Shown: piece by piece, positions 43,101 to 53,367 of the stretch
Position numbering within the stretch: the stretch's first letter is position 1
Layout: each line of letters begins with the position of its first letter
Origin: Laetmonice hystrix
Lineage: Eukaryota
Direction of reading: 5' to 3'
Length of the DNA stretch: 64,000 nt
Assembly: GCA_965235115.1 (NCBI GenBank)
Contig: OZ249436.1
Location: 55,244,001 to 55,308,000, forward strand
Program-made: the position numbers and the translations under genes
Notes under the pieces: model-generated
Seen by the model: the letters and a program-made list of their open reading frames with translations, nothing else
Databases searched by the model: none
What the model was told of the DNA's origin: nothing

Positions 43101-43622
43101 TTACAACCGTAAAAAATTAACAGTATAACCCTACTTAAGAAGGATGGAGGTTTATGCTAGCACTGCTCTCCTCACCAGATAATTCTCGGATAGTCAGACT
43201 GACGGATTGGTGATCAACCTGCCGTTCTAACGCCGCGATGCGCAGCGTCACGTTGCGCATTTGTTGCATGATGAGTTGGATATCCAGCGTGTTAATTGTC
43301 GTCTGGATATCAAGGACCCTCGCTTTGACTAGACGGAGGGCCAGGTATTCCTGATAGAGCGACCAGTTTCCGCTGATGCTGCACTCGCAACGCCCATCTC
43401 TGGTGCAACCTTCTGTCTACAATGGTAAAAAGGGGAGCTCACCGGTACTTTAGGAAAGTGGTTTATGTATTCAGGCACAAGAATGTCAATTTCAAGAAAA
43501 AGATAGACCGAAACACAGCCTATATTAGGCCTACCTACCGTGAATGGTTCCCCCGTTAATGAATATTCCTGGGCTCCCGCAAAACCCAGATAAAACAGAG
43601 ACGCCAAGAAAATTAGAGTCAT
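30860..43622 (-). CDS. Olfactomedin (OLF)-domain secreted protein, noelin/OLFM-like; 8 coding exons, ~472 aa
   Basis: Manual splicing: complement(join(30860..31140,39747..39900,40037..40133,40370..40661,41440..41536,42725..42897,43176..43416,43539..43622)) = 1419 nt. All introns are GT-AG with consistent phases. It encodes a signal peptide MTLIFLASLFYLGFAGA, a noelin-like GRCEC, a coiled coil, then the OLF motifs GAWFKDP, VDFKVDEYGLWAI, FMACGKLY and LNYNPREHLIFGWDNQHLVTY. Confidence 0.93.
31149..39335. repeat. 31-bp satellite, ~8.2 kb (~264 units), with higher-order repeats
   Basis: Unit catggttcatgaacc(g/a)gacaacatccaccat; fills the last OLF intron. Confidence 0.99.
39504..39677. mobile_element. 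Short TIR element with 5-bp TSD (hAT5-like)
   Basis: ACAGG|cagggccgtaaat...atttacggccctg|ACAGG. Confidence 0.85.
39747..39900 (-). CDS. OLF gene coding exon 7
   Basis: cag|VDEYGLWAIMATPENNNKLVIYQVNPNDLTFTKSFSTNKHKTSVCALFMAC|gtaagt. Confidence 0.93.
40037..40133 (-). CDS. OLF gene coding exon 6
   Basis: tag|RNLQRVTQQQRAIVKSNLNYLDNTLGTYVDFK|gtgagc; joins in frame to VDEYGLW. Confidence 0.85.
40370..40661 (-). CDS. OLF gene coding exon 5 (start of OLF domain)
   Basis: DWCESHQLSDVGDPVTHRWISSNYGAWFKDP...GIGYVGFNQSIY...IYK. Confidence 0.92.
41440..41536 (-). CDS. OLF gene coding exon 4
   Basis: cag|LDKLRQKLANCHDTAKWTAFDGDELPINYQYS|gtacgt; phases match both neighbouring exons. Confidence 0.85.
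41947..42645. repeat. 44-bp minisatellite (~8 units) split by a MITE
   Basis: Unit ttaacaacccttcgaacccatcgtcagcgctg(g/c)taccgccacca. Confidence 0.97.
42170..42509 (-). mobile_element. Kolobok-like MITE family A, 340 bp
   Basis: Near-identical inverted copy of 24534-24873; TTAA on both sides. Confidence 0.93.
42725..42897 (-). CDS. OLF gene coding exon 3 (coiled coil)
   Basis: cag|GLKKSAEVLVALVEQLESSGQTDPQVAALREEIESLLVVIDEMWDRNPYGDNEEVRIE|gtaag. Confidence 0.88.
43176..43416 (-). CDS. OLF gene coding exon 2 (CxC motif, coiled coil)
   Basis: tag|TEGCTRDGRCECSISGNWSLYQEYLALRLVKARVLDIQ...IRELS|gtgagg; open 241 nt. Confidence 0.88.
43539..43622 (-). CDS. OLF gene coding exon 1 (signal peptide)
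   Basis: MTLIFLASLFYLGFAGAQEYSLTGEPFT followed by a GTAGGT donor; upstream acceptor (cacag) at 43649-43650. Confidence 0.85.
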
Positions 43623-43758
43623 CGTCCGTTGATCGTTTCTTCAGCTACCTGTGAACGGTGCGTAGATTGAAATATGTAGTATGAAATAACAATCCTTCAG
43701 GAGCATGTCAATGGGAATGTCAACCGACCTACCAACTCTTTCCTTGCTTCCTACCTAC

Positions 43759-43825
43759 CTTCCCTCCTGTATCCGTTGTTGTGAAGCAACTGACCTGTCA
43801 CCATGCAACTCCTGCCTTTATAATG
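43759..43825 (-). promoter_or_regulatory. Candidate TATA box and short non-coding first exon of the OLF gene
   Basis: TATAAA on the minus strand at ~43817-43822; AAG|GTAGGT donor at 43758 pairs with the acceptor at 43649 just upstream of the ATG. Confidence 0.45.
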
Positions 43826-45331
43826 GCTTCCGAATAAGACATTACGTCAGACTTCTTGTGGAGAGTTATGGCCAATCGTCGGCGAGAATTTATGATTTAG
43901 ACCAATGTATATGCCATTATTCAAATCATCTATAATTTACAGTAACTGTTGCCTGTCCCAATAAGCCCGGATCCTCAATAACATTTGATTACTATATTGT
44001 ATACAATTGAATCAGGAAAAAGGTGGTGTGACGGCTATCAGTTTATTGATGTCAATAGAATTACTGCAGCCCCTATGGTTTTGATTACTGACAATAGGTG
44101 AAAACGCTCGTACACAAAGGGACAAGTACATGATACATGGTACATGGTGTTACTGGCCCGACTCAAGGAGCCATATATGGAGGCCCAAAAAAGGGCCAGC
44201 TGTGTTTTTCATATGAAGTGTCAATTGGCACTGAACTGAAAGTTATTCATAAGGCATGACACGCGAAACCATGTACTAAACAAAGGCATGTTACTAGGAA
44301 CTCTAGCCGTCCTGGAACTGGAATATGGGTTTTTCTTCGGCTGGTTGAACATGTTTGGTCATCTCTCAGTCTTTCGTCTATCGAGTGGTTTGAGCCTCGC
44401 ACCCAGGAGACCTATTTCATGCTTCAATATTGAAAATGACCGCAAACTATATGTATGTTGGTATGTATAAAATAAAGGGAGCTAGTTGCGCGATTAGAAA
44501 AGAGTGGTACTGCTAGGGCGACTGTGATGGTGATAGTATAACAGTTATCGCTGTGTTTACAACAGGTTGTCAACGTGTCCGTAAGTTTTCACTGATTGAT
44601 TGACAGGACCAAGGACTTTTAGAGAAAAATTGCCGGATATAGAGACATGCAGATTGAAAATAATATTTATAATTATGTTTCGCATGGGCGATGGGAGATA
44701 TTCCGAGCTTGTATGTGTGTGTGTGTGTGGGGGGGGGGGGGCAAGTCTGACCGACTCCATATTCACAATTGAATAGGGAGGGGGCACCTATACCAAATCC
44801 GATAAATCCGATACATGTCCCGAGTCCCGTTCTGGCGCCAATTAAGGGGGTTCCCAGGTTGTCTTAGTTACGGGTCTCAATCAATCATACATGCTACATA
44901 ATCAATTTAAAGATAATGTCAGGCTAAAAATTTATCGTACATTATACGGTTCTATGACTTTTCCCGCTGGTCCCCCCCCCCCCCCTCGGACGTTCTCCAC
45001 CCGGACATTTTCTCCCAGGACATTTACCTCCGAGGACTTTTGCCCACAAAGACTTTTGCCCACCCCTGTCTGTTTGGTTTATACCTCTTTAAAATATATT
45101 CATTCGCGCATGGGATCTGTGCACAACATCATGCAGTAGATCCTGGCCTCCCTTGATGGATGTGCGAAATTCCATGTTGTTGCAGCAGCAGAGATATTAT
45201 CAGTTGGCAGACAAACTCCAAGTCAACCATACTACCAGGCGAAGAATTGCTCACCTGAACTGCTCCGAACTGATTTCCGTGAGTCTGGGTACGATGGTTC
45301 TATTGGAAAGGCCATGAGAGTTCTTTAATGT

Positions 45332-46115
45332 GGCCCACAGTGGGCAGTTTGGGCCACAGTGGGCAGTTTGGGCCACAGTGGGCAGTTTGGGCCACAGTGG
45401 GCAGTTTGGGCCACAGTGGGCAGTTCGGCCCACAGTGGGCAGTTTGGGCCACAGTGGGCAGTTCGGCCCACAGTGGGCAGTTCGGGCCACAGTGGGCAGT
45501 TCGGGCCACAGTGGGCAGTTCGGGCCACAGTGAGCACTTCGGGCCACAGTGAGCACTTCGGGCCACAGTGAGCAGTTTGGGCCACAGTGAGCACTTCGGG
45601 CCACAGTGAGCAGTTCGGGCCACAGTGGGCAGTTCGGGCCACAGTGGGCAGTTCGGGCCACAGTGGGCAGTTCGGGCCACAGTGGGCAGTTCGGGCCACA
45701 GTGAGCACTTCGGGCCACAGTGAGCACTTCGGGCCACAGTGGGCAGTTCGGGCCACAGTGGGCAGTTCGGGCCACAGTGAGCAGTTCGGGCCACAGTGAG
45801 CAGTTCGGGCCACAGTGAGCAGTTCGGGCCACAGTGGGCAGTTCGGGCCACAGTGGGCAGTTCGGGCCACAGTGGGCAGTTCGGGCCACAGTGGGCAGTT
45901 CGGGCCACAGTGGGCAGTTCGGGCCACAGTGGGCAGTTCGGGCCACAGTGAGCAGTTCGGGCCACAGTGAGCACTTCGGGCCACAGTGAGCAGTTCGGGC
46001 CACAGTGGGCAGTTCGGGCCACAGTGGGCAGTTCGGGCCACAGTGGGCAGTTCGGGCCGCAGTGGGCAGTTCGGGCCGCAGTGAGCAGTTCGGGCCACAG
46101 TGAGCAGTTCGGGCC
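45332..46115. repeat. 19-bp minisatellite, ~41 copies
   Basis: Unit gggccacagtg(g/a)gcagttc. Confidence 0.97.
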
Positions 46116-46429
46116 TTCATATACAGGGCGTATAAAAAAGTATACACTCAGAAAAATGAACCAGAAACGAAACTTTCACTATTTTCAGCAAGTCCGTCCA
46201 GATAATATTGGTAGACGAAGCTTTTATTAACATCGTAATCATATATTGTGATCATGTGAACAGGCCCCAGACCTGGTTACAATTAAGTTGTGCACAAAAA
46301 TGCAAGGTTTCAAACAGGGGTGGAAAGGGAAATGGTGACAAATGAAACTTAACATAACTTCCTACTCCTTGTTTATCTTACCATACGGTTATCTACACTT
46401 ATGCAGGTACAGCCCATTGAAACGGCCCA

Positions 46430-47375
46430 TTGTGACTTCCTATTCGTGATCATTTGTTCTAAATGTGTTTACATCCAAGCTGATCACATGAAACCAAATG
46501 AAACTTCATAATGACTTCCTATCCGTGTTCAATAGTAATTATGTACTTATTTTACATAATTTTGGAAATATGAATCATTGAAAATATGCATGACCTTGTT
46601 TGACTTTTATACGTCATGGAAAATGGTGTCAAAAGAAGGTTCATAATAATGACTTCCTATCTATCAATAATAACATGCATAATGTCTCCTCTTTGGAGGA
46701 GACATTATGCATGGTTTGAAAGAAATCCATATGGTTTAACCTAGTTATTACTTCAAATGTTTTTACATTCAAGATGGCCACCAAGCGGTCATTTTGAATG
46801 ATATCAGAAGGGTTTCTGCCCATTGTGTAATGTTTCATACCAGTTATGCAGTCATCCTCAACTGACTTGAAAAGAAGAGTGACCTATAACTGGGTTGACC
46901 TTTCAACGTGATTCAAGGTCATGGAAAATGGCGCCAAACAAAGGTCATAAATGACTTCCTATCGGCCAATAAATCCTATTCCTATCGGCCAATTCCTATC
47001 GGCCGTAAATCTGGCGTTATCTTTCACCATTTTCAAAATATCAGCCAAAAACAGTGGAATTGTGAGGGTCAATAAAACAAATTTTGGATCTGAATTAAAA
47101 ATATATTGCAAAGCATATTGGCCATCATTATTATGCCTCCTCCTTGTACCAGGTTTGAAAGAAATCGCGATTGTTTTGATGGGGTTACAGCCCAGATGAC
47201 CGCCAAGCGGTCATTTTGAATGAGATCAAAAATCTGTTTGACGTCCATCATCCTCAGATCGTCCCTGATCATTGTGTAACCTTTCAAGGAAATTGACCCG
47301 AGCGTACGTCCGTACGGACGGACGGACGGACAGTGGTCGAATTAGAAGCCCCCGCCCCTTCGGGTTGGGGGTAAA
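46430..47375. mobile_element. Non-autonomous Helentron/HINE-like element
   Basis: Diverged tandem core repeats (atgacttcctat, gccaagcggtcattttgaatg), a (GGAC)n microsatellite, then the terminal hairpin cccccgcccc-ttc-gggttggggg. Left boundary uncertain. Confidence 0.6.
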
Positions 47376-47922
47376 GACGATCGCGTCACCGACATGACCT
47401 ATTATGGACTTCCAACAAACTGCAACCTATTCTCCATCCCGTGGGATTCATTGCTTCCGAATGCCTCAAACATCAGATATACGTACTCTGTGGTTAGTCA
47501 GTGGGTACGTCCGACCTTAATGAGTTATGGAACTTACTGTAGAATAATTTTTAATAGAACCTAGAGTCTTTTATATTCGTCAATTAGAGGCTAACATAAA
47601 ACCATGTGTAGACTTATTGGGACCAAGAACAGCCTGGTTTATACTGTGATATAGGGTAACAGGATCTTTGTCCGGTGCACCTTTGGGGATTTCAGTAATA
47701 ATAATTAAAAAACACACACAGAACAAGCAACTCGCAAAATTTTGATGAAGGTTTCATTATTGTGTCTTTATGCCGAAGCAGGGCTTTCCATATAGTGGAA
47801 TCTCATGCCAAGTCGACACAGAGAATTTACATTTGCTCTGGTTTTACCCAGCAGTAATAAACAAATCTTTAAATTCTAAATGATACATACAGGCATATAT
47901 GCAATTTATGTATATTATTATA

Positions 47923-48385
47923 CAGAGTGGCTCAATAAAAATGTTACACTTACAAAATTGTCAATATCTTTTATAATTTTGGCAATTACCCTAAACCCTG
48001 ACTTGCGCCAACTTCTCAGTGGTTGAACAGGACAAAGGACAAAGAAGAAGCATTCCTTTAACATTTAATTTTATTCACTGGCGCCTAAAACTTCGAAGAA
48101 CTTCAGCTGCACTGTTGGCACGGGCGTATTCAGAGACAAGGAAAGCCCTCTGGCGTTAACTGAGGACGCACCATGGCTGTGTACGTACATGTACCACTGA
48201 GAAGTTGGCGCAAGTCAGATTTCACTTGAGTCAATAAAACCTGTCCTGTGCAGTCAACCATGGAAGGATTTTGAATCTGCTGGTGTCAAATTAATCCAGA
48301 GAGCTTGCTCTTCAAGCACAAATGCATATTTTAGGGTAAATGCCAAAATTATAAAAGATATTGACATTTTTATTGAGCCACTCTG
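47923..48385. mobile_element. Tc1/mariner-like MITE with a nested inverted repeat
   Basis: TA|cagagtggctcaataaaaat...atttttattgagccactctg|TA; inner perfect 26-bp IR at ~47998-48023 / 48194-48219. Confidence 0.85.
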
Positions 48386-48699
48386 TAGTTATATTTTTTA
48401 TTACTCATCCAGCCTTTAAAGGTGGGACAATCATGACATTAACACATGTACACTGATGATTCATACACACAGACTGATAAACATGGAAAGTTGACTAATT
48501 TTTACATCCTACGCTCTACATTTACAATGTTCTGCAGTTAGACGGCCGCTACAAAACATCCTTAACGGTCCTTCTGTGAGCACAAAATACAGTCTTCTCT
48601 CGTACACAATTTCTCGATGTGAATGCAAGTATTGCAGTGGTGTTTCCATATAAATCTATAAATCCAACAAATCCAACTCCTTACATTATGACCTTGTTT

Positions 48700-49015
48700 T
48701 CACACATCCTCATTGATTTCATCCACTTTCAAGTCCACGTACGGTACTCCTATCCATTCCCAACTATCATCCGGCCAGAATTTTATTGTAGGCATCTTAT
48801 GGCTTGCTTCGGCACATGCATCGAAATACGCATACATGACGCACCCTTGGCAGGCCGATATTGAGATAAGAATATGCCAAAAAGCGTGAAGATATGGAAA
48901 TCCAATTCGGAGCCAGAAGCCGCAGGCGATGCGATCACTGATCCAACATATCAAAGCGGCGACCAATAGCACCAGGAGACGGGTACCCAATCGACGGGCG
49001 CGTTCTGAATTGGTC
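48700..49015 (-). CDS. Alkaline ceramidase last coding exon
   Basis: cag|TNSERARRLG...CWISDRIACGFWLRIGFPYLHAFWHILI...GVPYVDLK...stop. Confidence 0.93.
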
Positions 49016-52000
49016 CTGGGTGGAGGGAGAAGAATCACAATGTGAGGAAACAGGGAGCATGAACGATATAAGGTGAGGGAAAGACGCATGGAGTACGCAG
49101 GACTCTTACTCGCCACTAAAAGTTACGTTATGCCTCAACAGAGTAACAAGCATAATTTACTCGAAGGATCTTGCCACATTGAATTGAATCGCGGTACAAC
49201 AGTGTGCTTAATGAAGTTGATATGGTGTGACGGTGCAAGGTAATACTGAAGCGTAATACCGTCTCGCCCTCGCACCATCGTGCAATATCCACTAAATGCC
49301 ATTTTGATAAAACAGCAATTGATGTCTGAAGGGTTTGTCTAAAAGTTAATGGCGGGAGTGTAATTACTGACCCCTGAAGATGGCGTATCATGATGTAAAA
49401 GGCAGGGATGGCCACACTGATAAGCACGCATGCGTTGACGGCCGGATGTAGTGCAGCGACACTCGTACCCAGGAAACACAGTACCATAATACTGATACGA
49501 AACAACGTGCTGCAAACAGTAGGAGTACGAACAGCTGTAGGGGGAGGGAGTAAGCACATGTCGAACTGCAGTTTTAGCATCAACTACTTTCGATCTGATG
49601 AATGGTCCTAGGGACATTCACTCGACCTCATGAATGGTCCTAGGGACATTCACTCGACCTCATGAATGGTCCTAGGGACATTCACTGGTAATATAGACTG
49701 GCGTGACAATAAACAGCCTGATGATTCATTAAGGCGATTTTCCGCCCTTGCGATGTTTGCCTAATAATTTTCGCTTAATTCTATTCTGATTTCGAGTTGA
49801 AAAAATAAAACTCATTTTTGGAATAAGTTGTGCGCATAGCAAAATACTACAGTGGGGACAAAATCACAGAGACATTGTCAGCCAAAACACAGTAACAGAC
49901 CAGGCCGTCAGGGGAAATATGTGGAGGTAGATCTAAGGGAGGAGGAGATTGAGATAAGGTCGAGTAGGATACGATTATTGCTAATTAAGAACGTCTTTAT
50001 CCTAGATACGTACATGCAAAAATAATGACGTTTTATATATTTGTATATAGTACTTACATGTGACGGCAGACGACAGCAGGTAGGAGAACTTTGGGAATCC
50101 ATGTCGCCAAGGCGGCCATGATTGCCCAGAGTATAGCCAGTTCGTCCATCAGCTGACCCGCCATGCTGAGTGTGGCGTGGAAGTAGACAGACCCCAGGCC
50201 AATGAGTGCTATCATAGCCCAGACAACACGGCTACCTACTGCCACCTGGCGGGAGGCCGGCTGGCAAAGGATGGCAAGCAGCGGCGGGTAGACGAAGAAA
50301 AGCACATTGCTTACCTATAGAAGAACGTCAGTGAAAACATCATATGCATCCACTATGTATCAGAATGTCACTGACAGGGCTTTTTTTTTAGAGGATTTTG
50401 TTTTCCGAATTGTGCAGGAAAAGAAGTACATACGTCATATCAAGTCTCACTGCAATATCAGCAAGGGAAAACAATTTAAAACAAACACAGACTATCTCTC
50501 ATTCAATGACTCCAAAATGCCGACATGGGTTGTTAGGATAGGTAAGGCCTTAGGCTACATAAATCAATATGTATACCCAAAGAAATGGAGGAATCTAATG
50601 AAATTCAACATTCCAGTTGTCTGTTGTCGCTATGAAGCGATCGTCTTATGCATGGCTGGTTGTTGACAAAATCGTTGGCCTGGCATTGACCTTGAACAAG
50701 CAATGAAACCTGATGAAAAGTTTGACATGTTTGAAATCTCCGTGGACATGGCCGGTAAGGCAAATTTACTAGGCCTATGTCCTAAAGCCCACAGTTAATA
50801 ATTCTTCATTACTTGTAACCATGGGTCAGGGGTGGGTCCAGAAGGGGTGTCCTAGTGTAACCTAGGGATATAGGTAATAGATGTGACACTGGCATTTCGG
50901 GAACTGTAAAACGGGACCGGGGGGGGGGGGGTTATAGTGATGCATTCCCCCCTTAGAATATTTACTGTATATCTAAATATAGATTATATCAAACACTCAT
51001 GGTAACGGATTTCTGCATTACGGACAAAGTCTACAGCACCTTGGCCTAAAATCTATATATCAGTATAGTGTTAACGAGGAACGAGGAAACTTGGCCATGG
51101 GCGAGAACAACTTGTTGGTAATTTACACGGGCACGTCAATGAAAACTTATCAAGGAAATCTTGTTCGTGGAGAATGTACAAAGAGCACACAGCCGCCACG
51201 ACATACCATCCAGGTATGCCAACCAGAGGTTTAATACGTGCGGCATCAGAACGGGTTTGCTGTGATCATAAACACTGCCTCGGTCGAAGTTGCCATGGAC
51301 ATTCTTAATTCATAAGACTGGAGGGCTGAGTAAGGGAAAGTAGAGTGTTGTCAATTACGCCTTGTACGCACATTTCCATGGATGCACTCGATCAAAAGAA
51401 TGAAAGAATTATAACAAAAATAGTAATTTGTAATGTTGACATCTTGGACTCGGCAAATACAGGATTCTACTCTATAAACTTTCGGTTAAACACGTCGTCA
51501 TTGGATTATCGAGATGATCCTCATGCAGAGACTAAGAGTATACAGCTGTACCCTAATAGTTCTACTTCCGACAGTGCGGCTGTGCCGGTATATTACGCGA
51601 TATCAGATGGACAAAAACAATGGGAAGGCACTCCGACGTGTAATGAGGGTGTTAGGAGAGGTGGCATGCAGGCAGGGTAGCTCAAAATGGCATCCAGGGT
51701 TCAGGGTTCAGGCAAACCAATAATACAGAATATCGCCTTTCAATTAACGCCGTTTTGTGAACGTATTCACAAGTACGTACATTTAACGGTTATAGGCCTA
51801 ATGGCCCATTCACACCGCAGCCGATGCCGATACCGATGCCGAGGGCGACACCGATGTCCCCACCGACCTCGGCTGCAGTGTGAATGATGTACCGATGCCC
51901 GACACCGATACCGACATGTAGATCCCGACTGGTCCCCGACACCGGCCCGGCTGGCGGCCGTCCTCCGCGTCGGTGAGGGATTGCTCCGATCCAGATGCAC

Positions 52001-52419
52001 GGGAACCTCCCGGTCTCCAAAAAAATCGGTGGCCGATGTTTGAAAAATAGAACGAGTTCTATTTGCCTCGCCGACGTCGGTGTCGGCCACCGACGTCGGC
52101 GTCGGTATCGGCCTTGGTGTGAATGCTCCCACTGGAAATAATGTGTTTTTAAAAAAACATCGGTGTCGCCGTCGGTATGGGTGCCGGTATCGGCTGCGGT
52201 GTGAATGGGCCATTAGTTTGTGTATACAATGTAAACATAATACAAGCCGACCTGATGCGGATACTCGGGTTCTCAATCAATGGTTTCATTATAATTAATC
52301 TCAAGAATACTACTCACGGTGTTAAAGAACTCGGCAATGTATGCGGAATGGGCATAGTTTGGTTCGCACCAGTCGACGGCCGACGTGTGTCGTCCAAACA
52401 GAGGATGCGGTGACGGCAT
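48700..52419 (-). CDS. ACER2: Alkaline ceramidase (ACER1/2-like, CREST superfamily); 4 coding exons, ~270 aa
   Basis: complement(join(48700..49015,49372..49509,50058..50314,52318..52419)) = 813 nt, GT-AG introns. Motifs: VDWCEPNY...IAEFFNTVSN, GLGSVYFHATLS..GQLMDELAILW, CWISDR, FPYLHAFWHIL. The symbol denotes family resemblance, not proven orthology. Confidence 0.93.
49372..49509 (-). CDS. Alkaline ceramidase coding exon 3
   Basis: cag|TLFRISIMVLCFLGTSVAALHPAVNACVLISVAIPAFYIMIRHLQ|gtcagt. Confidence 0.88.
49598..49685. repeat. 32-bp tandem repeat, ~3 copies
   Basis: Unit atgaatggtcctagggacattcactcgacctc. Confidence 0.9.
50058..50314 (-). CDS. Alkaline ceramidase coding exon 2
   Basis: tag|VSNVLFFVYPPLL...GSVYFHATLSMAGQLMDELAILW...CRH|gtaagt. 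Confidence 0.93.
51799..52215. mobile_element. MITE (PIF/Harbinger- or ISL2EU-like) in ceramidase intron 1
   Basis: TIR taatggcccattcacaccgcagccgat / atcggctgcggtgtgaatgggccatta, with ccgat/ccgac subrepeats. Confidence 0.85.
52318..52419 (-). CDS. Alkaline ceramidase coding exon 1 (possible in-frame upstream ATG at 52569)
   Basis: MPSPHPLFGRHTSAVDWCEPNYAHSAYIAEFFNT|gtgagt; acceptor ctacag at 52580-52581. Confidence 0.9.
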
Positions 52420-53165
52420 TGAACCGGTGGCAGGACCTGCGTATTGAGGCTCGTCCAACTGCTGATCGCAACGTTCGTATGCTCGCCACCAGGCTCTGCC
52501 TCCGAGGAACGCAACGTGGTCGCTGGCAACGTGATAAACAAACTTGCCGCCACACAGCCGCTCAGTCATACTGCTCGCTCTGTAGGAACAAATAATAGTT
52601 ATATTTTATTTTGTTTCACTGATAAAGACTTCTGGAATGTAGAGAACTTGAATGCATCTCCTTTAAAGATGACCCCTACATTCGATAATTATGCATAAAA
52701 GGATTACTTGTTATATTGAAAGATCGTTGCCTGGTCTGTGGTGGCCCTGACCCGGCATATTTCCATCTATACACAGGGCCGTCTAATCAAATATTGACCG
52801 TATTATTGACAGTGACCCCGTCAAGACTGGAAGAACAGTATTGTAGGTATTCGGAGAGCAGTCGAACTGGGGTAGAGCGTATGGATCAGTGCACCAAACA
52901 GAATTTCTCCCCATGAAGCATTGGGAATGTTGATGTCCTGAGTGACTCAAATGACTCGCTTTAAGCTGATCTGCTTATTTGCAGCAGAGGGCAGAAAGGG
53001 AAATTTCAAGATTACATCTGAGAAATTTGGAAATAACAGGTATACACATTCGCAGCGCCACTTCAAAGTCAACGAAAGACAGGTATTAGCTTTCACCTAA
53101 CCGTAGGCACTGGTCAGAAGGAAAAAGCCTAGTGCGTATGTGCGTATGTCGACTATAGGCCTATT

Positions 53166-53367
53166 CTGGCGCGTGTCGGGGGGGGGGGGGGTGTTCGGGG
53201 TCGACCCCCCCCCCCTCCTGCTCAAGAGCCCCTATTTTTTATAGGTTGATATTGACGCTTTCCTGTAGCCTTCGGTGCTCCTGATGCGGGGCGTTGACTG
53301 CACATCGTTGACCCCGCCCCCCCCCCCACACACACACACACTGCGAAAAGTCCTGCAGACGCCCCTG
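53166..53367. mobile_element. Short TIR element with near-5-bp TSD
   Basis: ctatt|ctggcgcgtgtc...gacgcccctg|atatt; poly-G/poly-C interior. Confidence 0.5.

Noticed and set aside
45251..46147. ORFs in all three minus frames
   Set aside because: The 19-bp unit lacks stop codons; artefact.
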